Translations under genes and position numbers: made by a program
Shown here: positions 1 to 9,260 of the stretch, piece by piece
Layout of the letters: each line of letters begins with the position of its first letter
Position numbering within the stretch: position 1 is the stretch's first letter
Notes under the pieces: model-generated
What the model saw: only the letters and a program-made list of their open reading frames with translations
Databases searched by the model: none
What the model was told of the DNA's origin: nothing
NCBI RefSeq assembly: GCF_988243305.1
Contig: NZ_OZ547138.1
Direction: 5' to 3' (one strand)
Length of the DNA: 64,000 bases
Source: a plasmid

Positions 1-36
1 TGTTATCTTGTTATCTTGTTATCTCAAGGTGTTATC
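1..36. repeat. Inverted-orientation copies of the 8-bp GATAACAA-type repeat (TTGTTATC x3 plus a partial copy), cut by the window edge; candidate second centromere-like site downstream of the partition operon
   Basis: tgttatcttgttatcttgttatc at 1-24 is the reverse complement of the tandem repeat at 1084-1147. Confidence 0.5.
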
Positions 37-334
37 TTTGTTTTACTTCTGCTATCAATCGTGATACCTCTGTTTTTGATAGTGTTTTAAGTGCTTCTAC
101 CGCCGCCCTGACAACATCAGAACGATTCACTCTGCCTTTACCTGAAACCATCTCAGCCGTTATAAGGGCATCAATGTCTTTTAGGTTTTCTTCAAAAAAA
201 GAAATACTCACTGGTTTTGCTTTGCTTACAACCGATGATTTATCTGATGACTTTTTGGTATTATCAAGGCCAGCCGTGCCACCGTTAATAAATGCTGCCT
301 CGTCACGAGGTGAAGTGTTTGCTCTATTTCTCAC
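32..334 (-). CDS. Small partition partner protein (ParG/ParB-like, putative RHH centromere-binding protein)
   Basis: 100-aa ORF overlapping the ParA stop by 4 nt (ATGA); basic C-terminal region; position immediately downstream of ParA. Confidence 0.5.
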   Translation of the reverse strand: MRNRANTSPRDEAAFINGGTAGLDNTKKSSDKSSVVSKAKPVSISFFEENLKDIDALITAEMVSGKGRVNRSDVVRAAVEALKTLSKTEVSRLIAEVKQR

Positions 335-957
335 AGAATAACCTCTTTCACTAACGCTTCGATTTCTTGCTGGGCTTTATCATTTTGCGTTTCAAAAATT
401 GTCATTGATTCGGCCCAAGCATCTCGATGTGCTTTACGATCACATACCCGGGAGTTTGCCAGATGCATTTCAGGGTAATCCTTAAGTACTTCAGCTGCCT
501 CATTGGCTTCATTAACAAACATATTTGTGGGCGTCATGTTTAAAACGAGATATCCCCGAACATCCTCATTAAAATCTTTTGCTGCTGTAAAAACGGAGCA
601 TGTATGAGGCACAACATCCAGGTCCATCTGAGATGGGCGCAAAGGAGAAATGAATACATCTGCGGCCATCAATCCACTACGCATTTCTGCGCTATCACGG
701 CCAGCACAGTCTGCAATAACAAAATCATAGGATTTTTCGTGTTCCTTTAACATGGCTTTGATGTTACCTGTCGCGCCTGTAACCGGAATATGAGGGAGAT
801 CTTCAGGGCGATTGTTGTACCAGGTTAATACTGATTTCTGGTCATCTGCGTCGACAATAATCACTCTATTGCCTAGTGACATCAGATACGCAGCTATAGA
901 TACCGCCAGTGTACTTTTACCTACCCCACCCTTTTGACTACCTAATACTATTATCAT
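331..957 (-). CDS. ParA-family (ParF-like, type Ib) partition ATPase
   Basis: Deviant Walker A motif GSQKGGVGKST near the N-terminus; 208 aa; followed by small partner gene and flanked by repeats. Confidence 0.85.
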   Translation of the reverse strand: MIIVLGSQKGGVGKSTLAVSIAAYLMSLGNRVIIVDADDQKSVLTWYNNRPEDLPHIPVTGATGNIKAMLKEHEKSYDFVIADCAGRDSAEMRSGLMAADVFISPLRPSQMDLDVVPHTCSVFTAAKDFNEDVRGYLVLNMTPTNMFVNEANEAAEVLKDYPEMHLANSRVCDRKAHRDAWAESMTIFETQNDKAQQEIEALVKEVIL

Positions 958-1036
958 TATAGCCTCATATTAAGCTGTTAAGTTAACAACTTAATATTGC
1001 CATCTGAACACGAACCATGCAATTATTTTTGTTATG

Positions 1037-1057
1037 TTAACAACTTAGTAAGTTGTT
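1037..1057. promoter_or_regulatory. Perfect palindrome TAACAACTTA-g-TAAGTTGTTA in the partition operon promoter region; candidate operator
   Basis: 10-bp inverted repeat arms; related half-site TTAACAACTTA also at 975-990. Confidence 0.35.
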
Positions 1058-1083
1058 AAGTATTTGATTTATAGATTAATTAA

Positions 1084-1147
1084 GATAACAAGACAACAAG
1101 ATAACAAGATAACAAGATAACAAGATAACAAGATAACAAGATAACAA
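1084..1147. repeat. Eight tandem 8-bp repeats (GATAACAA, one GACAACAA variant); candidate partition centromere (parC/parH-like) or iteron array
   Basis: Direct tandem repeats read from the sequence upstream of the ParA gene start. Confidence 0.6.
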
Positions 1148-1168
1148 TATTATGGGTGGATTACATAT

Positions 1169-2440
1169 TCATAACTGGGCTACTGGCAAATCTGTCCATC
1201 TGGTGGTATACGCAGGAGAAAGCATTTCCCGTTTCATTTGCCATTCAGGGGCGGTTCCTCGCCCCGCAAACCACACTTTCCCTTTTCCCGACTGGTTCAG
1301 TTCATCGAGTGTTTTCATTAACTTTTCACTGTTTTTACGGGGCTGGATTTCATCAAATAATCCCGGCTGCGCTATACCCGATGGTGTGAAATCAGCCAGC
1401 ATGACTCCTGCCTTCATATAGCGGTACCCTTCACGCCAGACATGGTTTAAGGCTCTGCATGCGGCGGCAATAATGTCCCGGCTGTCCTGTGTGGGCAATG
1501 GAAGCTTTTCCACAGCGGCATTGCTGTAACAGGGTTCTTTTACTGCAAAGGGGGATGTCCGTACAAATGTCGTCACCTGCCGGCAATACTGACGCTCCCC
1601 ACGTAGTTTCTCTGCGGCCCGCTCTGCATACTGAACAACAGCCTGGTGCATGGCATCTTTGTCTGTGATTCGTTCACCAAAACTGCGACTACAGACAATC
1701 TGCTGTTTTGCCGGTGGTGCTTCTTCCAGGGATATGCAGGACTCGCCGTTGAGTTCGCGTACCGTACGCTCAAGAATGACGCTGAAGTTTTTCCGGATGA
1801 ATGCCGTGTTAGCCTGCGCCAGCTGCAGTGCTGTGTTAATACCCAGCGCATTCAGCTTTTCCGTCAGTCTGCGTCCTACTCCCCAGACCTCACCAACTGG
1901 CTGCAGCCCCAGTAGCTTCAAGGTCCGATTACGGTTTTCTGCCGTCAGCGCGACCACACCGGAAAACTGTGGCCATTGCTTTGTTGCCCACTGGGCACTT
2001 TTAGCCAGCGTTTTTGTAGGCGCAATGCCCACCCCCATGGTGAGTCCTGTCCAGCTCTTTACCTGTTCCCTGAGCTGATGACCAAAAATCTCCGGAGAGA
2101 TGCAATGATTTATCCCCCGCAAATCAATGAACATTTCATCAATTGAGTAGGGCTCAACTGCGGGAGAAAGCGACTCCAGAACAGCCATAACCCGTTGGCT
2201 CATGCTGTGGTACAGCGCATAATTGCTGGAAAATACATGTATTTTCTTCTCCAGGCGCATTTGTCTCACCTGAAACCAGGGCTGCCCCATTCTGATGCCA
2301 AGGGCTTTTGCCTCCGGGCTGCGCGCGATCACACAGCCATCGTTATTGCTGAGTACGATGACCGGTTCGTTGCGAAGGTCCGGGCGGAAAACTTTTTCAC
2401 ATGAGGCGTAGAAACTGTTGATATCAGCCAGTGCAAACAT
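1169..2440 (-). CDS. impB: Error-prone Y-family DNA polymerase subunit (UmuC/ImpB/MucB family)
   Basis: 423-aa translation starts MFALADINSFYASCE, the conserved UmuC N-terminus; operon with impA and impC. Confidence 0.9.
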   Translation of the reverse strand: MFALADINSFYASCEKVFRPDLRNEPVIVLSNNDGCVIARSPEAKALGIRMGQPWFQVRQMRLEKKIHVFSSNYALYHSMSQRVMAVLESLSPAVEPYSIDEMFIDLRGINHCISPEIFGHQLREQVKSWTGLTMGVGIAPTKTLAKSAQWATKQWPQFSGVVALTAENRNRTLKLLGLQPVGEVWGVGRRLTEKLNALGINTALQLAQANTAFIRKNFSVILERTVRELNGESCISLEEAPPAKQQIVCSRSFGERITDKDAMHQAVVQYAERAAEKLRGERQYCRQVTTFVRTSPFAVKEPCYSNAAVEKLPLPTQDSRDIIAAACRALNHVWREGYRYMKAGVMLADFTPSGIAQPGLFDEIQPRKNSEKLMKTLDELNQSGKGKVWFAGRGTAPEWQMKREMLSPAYTTRWTDLPVAQL

Positions 2441-2877
2441 CAGCGTAACTCCCGCGTCCTGTGTATCACGTGAGTGACAACACCAAAAATACAGATGTTT
2501 TCCGGATACAGTGTGCGGAACTCCGGGCTGTCTGAAACCGGCTCCAGTGCCGGGCGTGGGCGCAACAGCAGTCGTTTGACGGTGAACTCACCGTCGATCT
2601 CAGCGATAACGATGTCCCCGTGTTGTGGTTTTTCGGCCCTGTCCACTACCAGCAGATCACCATTCTGCACGCCAGCCTGGTTCATCGATTCACCGCTGGC
2701 GCGCAGAAAGAAGGTGGCTGCAGGTCTGCTGATGCAATAGCTGTTCAGATCCAGTTCCTGCTCAGCATAATCAGTGGCAGGCGAAGGAAAACCGGCCTGG
2801 CAACGATCGGCAAACAACGGTCGCACGTAACTGTCATCGCCTGAAGGGTCAGCCGGACGGTGATAAACGGTACTCAT
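2440..2877 (-). CDS. impA: UmuD/ImpA-like LexA-type S24 self-cleaving protein
   Basis: 145 aa with LexA-like C-terminal domain (GDSM..VVDRA..K); start/stop overlap with impB. Confidence 0.85.
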   Translation of the reverse strand: MSTVYHRPADPSGDDSYVRPLFADRCQAGFPSPATDYAEQELDLNSYCISRPAATFFLRASGESMNQAGVQNGDLLVVDRAEKPQHGDIVIAEIDGEFTVKRLLLRPRPALEPVSDSPEFRTLYPENICIFGVVTHVIHRTRELR

Positions 2878-3122
2878 GCTGCAGGCAGCCAGCTGTCGTC
2901 CTGCCAGATTTCTTCCAGCAGAGACAGGATACGTTCTTTATCCTTGTCGTTGCGGGCTCCTGTGACAGATACAGACGGGGCGCTGCCCTGGTCTATACGC
3001 AGCCAGATTTCCGGGTAGTGTGGTTTCAGACGTTGTTCGATTTCATTCTGTAGCGCCTGAAGTGTGCCTGATTTGAGGTTTTTTGTGCTCTGGCGGTCGA
3101 AAAGAATTTCAATGCGGATCAT
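2874..3122 (-). CDS. impC: ImpC small protein (first gene of the impCAB operon)
   Basis: Internal ATG at 3122 gives an 82-aa product MIRIEILFDRQ...; the longer ORF start at 3293 lacks support; LexA box directly upstream. Confidence 0.7.
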   Translation of the reverse strand: MIRIEILFDRQSTKNLKSGTLQALQNEIEQRLKPHYPEIWLRIDQGSAPSVSVTGARNDKDKERILSLLEEIWQDDSWLPAA

Positions 3123-3146
3123 GTTCTCATCTCCCTTTTCTTTATG

Positions 3147-3162
3147 CTGTATGTTTATACAG
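3147..3162. promoter_or_regulatory. LexA box (SOS operator) CTGTATGTTTATACAG upstream of impC
   Basis: Matches the CTGT-N8-ACAG consensus; located 25 bp upstream of the impC start. Confidence 0.6.
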
Positions 3163-3516
3163 TATTCTAATAACTGAATCCGCACACAGTCAAATGTCAT
3201 TGTTGTGACTAAAAAACGCTCAATTCTCTGAGTGTGTGGCTGTATGCCTGCTGTGGGCTGCTGTGTCCAGCTTATCCACAGCATTTTGCGCACGGTTCTG
3301 TGAATAAAATACCTGGTTACCCAGGCCGTGCCGGCACGTTAACCGGGCTGCATCCGATGCAAGTGTGTCGCTGTCGCCGGCCTCCTCACCCGGTCACGTT
3401 TCGTCGTTCCTCCTCCACGCGCTGCGGCTTCGGGGCCGCACCTGCATTCGTATGCGGTCGCCCGGTTACAGGTGCGGCACGGCCTGATGGAGGCCGCATG
3501 TGAGAGGAGAATTCCC

Positions 3517-4443
3517 ATGCCAAACTGGTGCTCGAATCGTATGTATTTTTCTGGTGAACCGGCACAGATCGCTGAGATTAAACGACTGGCCAGCGGCGCA
3601 GTCACACCGTTTTATCGCCGCGCCACAAATGAAGGTATTCAGCTGTTTCTGGCCGGAAGTGCCGGACTTCTGCAGACCACTGAAGATGTGCAGTTTGAAC
3701 CGTGCCCCGGACTGACGGCTGCCGGACGTGGTGTTGTATCGCCGGAGAATATCGCGTTCACACGCTGGCTGACACACCTGCAGAACGGTGTGCTACTGGA
3801 TGAACAAAACTGCCTGATGCTGCATGAACTCTGGCTGCAGAGCGGTACTGGACAGCGTCGCTGGGAAGGATTACCGGACGATGTCAGGGATACCATCACC
3901 GCACTTTTCACCGCAAAAAGAGGTGACTGGTGTGGCTTCTGGAGTAACGAGGATGTATCGGTGTGGTGGAACCGTCTGTGTGACAACGTACTGCCGGAAA
4001 AAACCATGCCGTTTGACCTGCTGACGGTTTTGCCGACCCGCCTGGATATTGAAGTGAATGGCTTTAACGGCGGTGTTCTGAACGGTGTTCCTTCTGCATA
4101 TCACTGGTATACAGAACGGTATGGCGTGAAGTGGCCTTGTGGGTATGACCTGAATATCAGCAGTCAGGGGGAAAACTTCATTCAGGTAGATTTCGACACG
4201 CCGTGGTGTCAGCCGGAAAGCGACGTTGTTGCAGAATTAAGCCGCCGTTTCAGCTGCACAATGGAGCACTGGTATGCCGAACAGGGCTGCAATTTCTGTG
4301 GCTGGCAGCGATATGAGCGTGGCGAGCTTGTTGATGTGCTGTGGGGGGAGCTGGAATGGTCTTCCCCGACAGATGACGATGAGCTGCCGGAAGTCACCGG
4401 ACCTGCGTGGATAGTCGACAATGTGGCGCATTATGGCGGATGA
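3517..4443 (+). CDS. Conserved leading-region hypothetical protein (Cys/Trp-rich)
   Basis: ORF with GAGGAG RBS 7 nt upstream of ATG 3517; the longer frame from 3472 lacks an RBS. Confidence 0.5.
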   Translation: MPNWCSNRMYFSGEPAQIAEIKRLASGAVTPFYRRATNEGIQLFLAGSAGLLQTTEDVQFEPCPGLTAAGRGVVSPENIAFTRWLTHLQNGVLLDEQNCLMLHELWLQSGTGQRRWEGLPDDVRDTITALFTAKRGDWCGFWSNEDVSVWWNRLCDNVLPEKTMPFDLLTVLPTRLDIEVNGFNGGVLNGVPSAYHWYTERYGVKWPCGYDLNISSQGENFIQVDFDTPWCQPESDVVAELSRRFSCTMEHWYAEQGCNFCGWQRYERGELVDVLWGELEWSSPTDDDELPEVTGPAWIVDNVAHYGG

Positions 4444-4455
4444 AGTATGACGGAG

Positions 4456-4485
4456 ACGGGCGGGCAACCGCCCGTTTCTTTTCCG
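4456..4485 (+). terminator. Rho-independent terminator candidate
   Basis: Hairpin ACGGGCGGG-caac-CGCCCGT followed by TTCTTTTCC. Confidence 0.5.
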
Positions 4486-4827
4486 GTAAAGGATGTCGCC
4501 GGGCTCCTCTTTTTACTGCGCCGGCTGACGCGGCGCGGCAGGAACGCTGCCTGTGGTCAGTGTCCCGCGTCCGGTGGGCACGGGACGGGCGCTTTTACCG
4601 CTCCCGGCTGGCACCGGTGACAGTGTACGCCAGCCCGTCGCCCTTTTCTGATGAACGCCCTTCAAGCCGCTTTCGCGGCATAGCCTTGCCGTCAGAAAGA
4701 CGACGGCTGCGGTATTCCACGGTCGGCCTGACCCGTTACCGGACGCGGTGAACAGCCCACAGGCAGCGGGGAACGGGCACCACAGGGGTGCCCTCCCGGT
4801 GTCCTCTGTAAGAGAAGGAGCGTTGTT

Positions 4828-5511
4828 ATGTCCCGTTTTGTCCTCGGTAACTGCATCGATGTTATGGCCCGTATTCCTGATAACGCCATTGATTTCATAC
4901 TGACTGACCCGCCGTACCTCGTCGGTTTTCGTGACCGTTTCGGGCGCACCATCGCTGGCGATAAAACCGATGAATGGCTGCAACCGGCCTGTAATGAAAT
5001 GTACCGCGTACTCAAAAAAGACGCGCTGATGGTGAGCTTCTACGGCTGGAACCGCGTCGATCGCTTTATGGCCGCCTGGAAAAATGCGGGATTCAGCGTT
5101 GTTGGTCACCTGGTCTTCACCAAAAACTACACATCGAAGGCCGCATATGTGGGCTATCGCCACGAATGCGCCTACATCCTGGCAAAAGGCCGTCCACGTC
5201 TGCCACAAAACCCGCTGCCGGACGTGCTGGGCTGGAAATATTCGGGCAATCGTCATCACCCGACGGAAAAGCCCGTTACCAGCCTGCAACCGCTGATTGA
5301 GAGCTTCACACACCCGAACGCAATTGTGCTGGACCCGTTTGCAGGCAGCGGCTCAACCTGCGTCGCTGCCCTCCAGTCCGGACGCCGGTATATCGGTATC
5401 GAGCTGCTTGAGCAGTATCACCGTGCCGGGCAGCAACGCCTTGCCGCCGTGCAACGGGCCATGCAGCAGGGGGCCGCGAATGATGACTGGTTTATGCCGG
5501 AGGCTGCGTAA
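4828..5511 (+). CDS. Orphan N6-adenine DNA methyltransferase (beta-class, DPPY motif)
   Basis: Motif LTDPPYL near the N-terminus and FAGSGST near the C-terminus; no adjacent restriction endonuclease gene. Confidence 0.8.
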   Translation: MSRFVLGNCIDVMARIPDNAIDFILTDPPYLVGFRDRFGRTIAGDKTDEWLQPACNEMYRVLKKDALMVSFYGWNRVDRFMAAWKNAGFSVVGHLVFTKNYTSKAAYVGYRHECAYILAKGRPRLPQNPLPDVLGWKYSGNRHHPTEKPVTSLQPLIESFTHPNAIVLDPFAGSGSTCVAALQSGRRYIGIELLEQYHRAGQQRLAAVQRAMQQGAANDDWFMPEAA

Positions 5512-5733
5512 ATGAACTATGCCGGACACGAAAAACTGCGCGCCGACGTGGCGGAGGTGGCCAATGCCATGTGCGACCTGCGTACAACCATGAATGAGAT
5601 GGAGCAGCGGTACAGCTTTAATGCCGACACCCTGCCGGAACGTCTGGTGCGTCAGACGCTGTTTCGCGCAAACCGCCTCCTGATGGAGGCATATACCGAA
5701 ATTCTTGAACTGGATGCGTGCTTCAAAGATTAA
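5512..5733 (+). CDS. Small hypothetical protein, translationally coupled to the methyltransferase
   Basis: Start codon overlaps the methylase stop (TAAATG); 73 aa. Confidence 0.35.
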   Translation: MNYAGHEKLRADVAEVANAMCDLRTTMNEMEQRYSFNADTLPERLVRQTLFRANRLLMEAYTEILELDACFKD

Positions 5734-5745
5734 GGAGGAGACGAA

Positions 5746-6180
5746 ATGTACGGAACATGCGAAACGCTCTGCCGTGAGCTGGCAGCAAAGTATCCGGGAA
5801 ACACGCCGCTGATGCTGCTTATCTGGTCCCCGGAAGAGATTCAGGCCCTCGCTGACGGAATGGATATTTCTCTGTCCGATCATGAAATCAGAACCGTCCT
5901 GGCGCGCCTGGAGGACATCCCGGAAGACCAGCGGACTGAATCCGGTATTTCTTCCGGTGCGGCGATGGAGATTATCAATAACGTGAGAGAAAACCGCCAG
6001 GTGACCGTCCCTGCTGAACTGCTGGCGTCCCTGATTCAGACCGCCGAACAGGCACTGTGGAAACGTGAGTGGGCCGCCCGTGATAACGGCCTCGCCGTCC
6101 CGGAATGCGTCACCCGCCGACAGGCGGTGGTTAATCAGGCCCGCGCCCTGCTGAAAAACAACACACGCGAAAACGACTGA
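5746..6180 (+). CDS. Hypothetical leading-region protein; paralog of the ORF at 7881-8303
   Basis: 144 aa; GGAG RBS; shares motif R..VTVPA..L and acidic character with 7881-8303. Confidence 0.5.
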   Translation: MYGTCETLCRELAAKYPGNTPLMLLIWSPEEIQALADGMDISLSDHEIRTVLARLEDIPEDQRTESGISSGAAMEIINNVRENRQVTVPAELLASLIQTAEQALWKREWAARDNGLAVPECVTRRQAVVNQARALLKNNTREND

Positions 6181-6224
6181 TGTTATCGCCGCCTGCGGGC
6201 GGCGATTCAGGGAGACCATGAATC

Positions 6225-6995
6225 ATGAACGAAACGCTGAATGCACTGATTTATCGCCACGCCAGCAACCTGCTGCTGGCGCAGGGCTGGCCGGAAGAGA
6301 CGGATGTTGACCAGCGTAATCCGAAGTATCCGGGCTGGATCAGCATTTACGTGCGGCTGGATGTGCCCCGGCTGGCGACGTTACTTATCAACCGTCACGG
6401 CGGCGTACTGCCGCCGCTCCTGGCCTCCGCCATTCAGAAACTGACCGGAACCGGGGCGGAACTGGTACTGTCCGGCAGTCAGTGGCAGTCGCTGCCGGTA
6501 CTTCCGGCAGACGGAACACAGGTGTTTTTCCCGTATGCCGGAGAATGGCTGACCGAAGACGAAATCAGGGCAGTTCTTGATGCAGTGCGCAATGCAGTAC
6601 GAAGCATCTGTTACCAAGTGGCAGAAGATGCCCGGCGTATCCGGGCGGCGCTGACCACCACCGGTCAGACGTTGCTGACCCGCCAGACGCGCCGCTTTCG
6701 TCTGGTTGTGAAGGAAAGCGATTACCCCTGCTGGCTTGATGAAGATGACGAAAATCTGCCCGTGGTGCTCGATGCCATTCTGAACCGTGGCGCTCGTTTT
6801 TCGTCGGTGGAAATGTATCTGGTCAGTGAGTGTGTGGAGCATATCCTGTCCAGTGGGCTGGCCTGCGATGTGCTGCGTATACCTGATGAACCGTCCCGTC
6901 GCTGGTTTGACCGGGATATTCTGCGGGAGGTGGTCCTGGAAGCCCGGACTGAAATCCGCAGCATGGCGGATGCACTGGCGAAAATCCGGAAATGA
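6225..6995 (+). CDS. Hypothetical leading-region protein
   Basis: 256-aa ORF in the same orientation as neighbours. Confidence 0.45.
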   Translation: MNETLNALIYRHASNLLLAQGWPEETDVDQRNPKYPGWISIYVRLDVPRLATLLINRHGGVLPPLLASAIQKLTGTGAELVLSGSQWQSLPVLPADGTQVFFPYAGEWLTEDEIRAVLDAVRNAVRSICYQVAEDARRIRAALTTTGQTLLTRQTRRFRLVVKESDYPCWLDEDDENLPVVLDAILNRGARFSSVEMYLVSECVEHILSSGLACDVLRIPDEPSRRWFDRDILREVVLEARTEIRSMADALAKIRK

Positions 6996-7051
6996 TGACG
7001 CTGGCGGGGAAAATCTCCGCCTTTTCCAGCCGGTCCCCGGAAAGAGCAAAA

Positions 7052-7390
7052 GGATGTCGCCGCAGGCTCCGCTTTACCCGGCCATGCGGGGCATGGCCTT
7101 GTGGGTTTTCAGTTATGTGGCCTCAGCGTCGTGTGCGGGCTGTGCCGTGCCTCCATCGTAGCCGGGCTTCTGCGGGCGGGTTGCAAGGTAAGGTGAACCG
7201 CTGCGGTCACCCGGTCCCTCCTTCCCGTCTGCCGTGATTTTCCGGTCGTTCACCCGCTCAGATTTCGCGGTCTCACCCTCCAACTCCCGTCAGCCGTGCG
7301 CGTCAGGCTGCGGCTTCCCTTGCGCCCTTGCAACCCTGCAGGTCCGGCAAAGATGGAGGCACGGCACCGCCCGGTGTCGCGGAATATGTG
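7052..7390. repeat. Structured GC-rich repeat, family A copy 1 (ssi/Frpo-like candidate single-strand promoter) upstream of klcA
   Basis: About 340 bp near-identical to 14001-14340; both end just upstream of an antirestriction gene start. Confidence 0.6.
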
Positions 7391-7408
7391 AACAACGGAG
7401 GAAATCCC

Positions 7409-7834
7409 ATGCAGTATGCGAAACCTGTCACTCTGAACGTTGAAGAGTGCGACCGTCTGTCTTTTCTGCCTTACCTGTTTGGCCTGGATTTTCTGTATGC
7501 CGAAGCGTCTGTATACGCGCTGGCGAAAAAAATGATGCCGGAATATGAAGGCGGATTCTGGCACTTCATCCGCCTGCCGGACGGTGGCGGTTACATGATG
7601 CCGGATGGCGACCGTTTTCATCTGGTCAACGGTGAAAACTGGTTTGACCGTACCGTGAGTGCTGATGCCGCAGGCATCATTTTGACTTCCCTTGTGATTA
7701 ACCGCCAGTTGTGGCTGTACCACGACAGCGGGGATGCAGGGTTGACACACCTGTACAGGATGCGCGATGCGCAGTTGTGGAGCCACATCGAATTTCACCC
7801 CGAATGCAACGCGATTTACGCGGCACTTGACTGA
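7409..7834 (+). CDS. klcA: KlcA/ArdB-family antirestriction protein
   Basis: Internal start MQYAKPVTLNVEECDRLSFLPY with GGAGG RBS gives 141 aa typical of KlcA. Confidence 0.8.
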   Translation: MQYAKPVTLNVEECDRLSFLPYLFGLDFLYAEASVYALAKKMMPEYEGGFWHFIRLPDGGGYMMPDGDRFHLVNGENWFDRTVSADAAGIILTSLVINRQLWLYHDSGDAGLTHLYRMRDAQLWSHIEFHPECNAIYAALD

Positions 7835-7880
7835 TTAACGGACGGGGCGGCAATGCCGCCCCTGTAAAGGAGACGAGAAC

Positions 7881-8303
7881 ATGTACTGTACTGTTAAAGA
7901 AATCATCCGCGATGTACTGGATACAGACGTGCCGGACAGTGAATGCGTTTTTGCCGTGGTGCTGACCCGTGGGGATGTGCGTCACATAGCCCAGGACTGG
8001 AACCTGTCAGACGATGAGCTGGAAACCGTCATGCAGCGACTGGACGATGCCTTTGAGCATGGTGCGGATGTCAGCGTTGTTCACGACGTTGTTCGTGAAC
8101 TGATGGAAGAAAAGCGCGCCAGCCGTCATGTGACAGTCCCGGCGGTGATGCTGGAAAAAGTGATGGCGCTGGCAGGCAGTGAAATGAAGCGCCTGTATGC
8201 CGTCGGGAGTGAGAACGGGGGCGACGGTGACGCATTCGTCAGGGAGGAACGCGAAGCAATGGACGTTGTGTTACAGGCGCTGGACGGGGAGACGATGTCA
8301 TGA
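7881..8303 (+). CDS. Hypothetical leading-region protein; paralog of the ORF at 5746-6180
   Basis: 140 aa; related to 5746-6180. Confidence 0.5.
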   Translation: MYCTVKEIIRDVLDTDVPDSECVFAVVLTRGDVRHIAQDWNLSDDELETVMQRLDDAFEHGADVSVVHDVVRELMEEKRASRHVTVPAVMLEKVMALAGSEMKRLYAVGSENGGDGDAFVREEREAMDVVLQALDGETMS

Positions 8304-8491
8304 ATATCAGCACAGAAACCCGCGAAATTCTGCGTAATTACAGGGCCGTGATTAATGCGCGGCGTCGTGAAATGGGGCAGAAACCGCTCACCACCGCGCA
8401 GATTGTTGATGAAATCTGCGATTTTGTGGCGAATCAGCAGGCGGTTTTCCTGGGCGGTCACTACATCCTTCAGGGCAGCAGAAACAGGTGA
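8300..8491 (+). CDS. Small hypothetical protein
   Basis: 63 aa; start overlaps the preceding stop (ATGA). Confidence 0.3.
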   Translation: MNISTETREILRNYRAVINARRREMGQKPLTTAQIVDEICDFVANQQAVFLGGHYILQGSRNR

Positions 8492-8693
8492 TACAGGGGC
8501 AGGCGGTGGAGGCCGCCTGTCAGCCCGCGCGAAAACCCCAGGCAGGCTGACGCCTGCCGGAAACGCGGGGTGCAGCGCCTGCGGCGCTGCCGGCCCGGCT
8601 TTCCGGTCAGAAGGTAGTGTATGGCTGTATGCAGGGAACAGGAGTGATATTCCGTGACACTGTCACCGTTTCTGGCTGTCTTTTATTGCGCCC

Positions 8694-9200
8694 ACTTCGG
8701 CTCCCGGCTGCCTGGCGGCATCCGGTCGTCAGGCCCGACTCCGACGGGCAGCTGCTGGCGCACCCGCCAGTCTCCGCCGAACCCGCTGGCGCGGTTTCGG
8801 GCTGCCGCTACGGTCCGATGCGTGAAAACCCGGCTTGCAGCGACCGTTCCGGTCGCGCCGCCCCTGTCGCGCCGTGACCTGCGCTCCCTGCACACCTGAC
8901 GGTGTGTGAGGAAACTGCGCCTGATGGCGCAGCAGTCCTCCCTCCTGCCGCCACTCCTGCGGCCTGTTTCCCGCTGTGGACTTTCCGGGGGGCAGACGTA
9001 ACCCCCTCCCGTTCCATCTGTCCAGGGTGAGATGCACCGGCCACAAAATTTTTAGCCATGAACCCGGCAAAAAATTTTGCGTCCGCCCCCGGACAGCTGC
9101 CCCGTGAGGCGGTAAACGGGCCCCCATCGGAAAGGTCCACTGCGGGGAGAAAACCCTGTGAAGTGGACGGCAGGAGGAGCTTTCGCTCCTCTGAAGGGGC
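8694..9200. repeat. Structured GC-rich repeat, family B copy 1 (ssi/Frpo-like) upstream of ssb
   Basis: About 500 bp homologous to 15041-15545 and, in part, 18071-18395. Confidence 0.6.
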
Positions 9201-9260
9201 ACATGAACGTCCCGTCGCCGGTATCCGGTTTATCTCACATCTTTCAGTCAGGAGGTTCTT

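Noticed and set aside
1084-1147. Possibility that the GATAACAA array is a replication origin
   Set aside because: No rep gene is adjacent; the array sits in the promoter region of a ParA/ParG-like operon, so a centromere or operator role fits better. An iteron role is not fully excluded.
1573-2078. ORFs 1573-1851 (-), 1646-1915 (+) and 1650-2078 (+) inside impB
   Set aside because: Alternative-frame ORFs fully within a well-supported UmuC-family gene; no RBS and no recognisable protein features.
5353-7049. Long antisense ORFs 5353-6219 (-) and 6381-7049 (-)
   Set aside because: They run opposite to better-supported leading-region genes in GC-rich DNA where long spurious frames are common; no start context.
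6992-7443. ORFs inside the family A repeats (6992-7237, 7234-7443, 13968-14186, 14183-14437)
   Set aside because: They lie within the structured noncoding ssi-like repeats; the downstream genes (klcA, ardA) start at internal ATGs with good RBS, so these frames are read-through artefacts.
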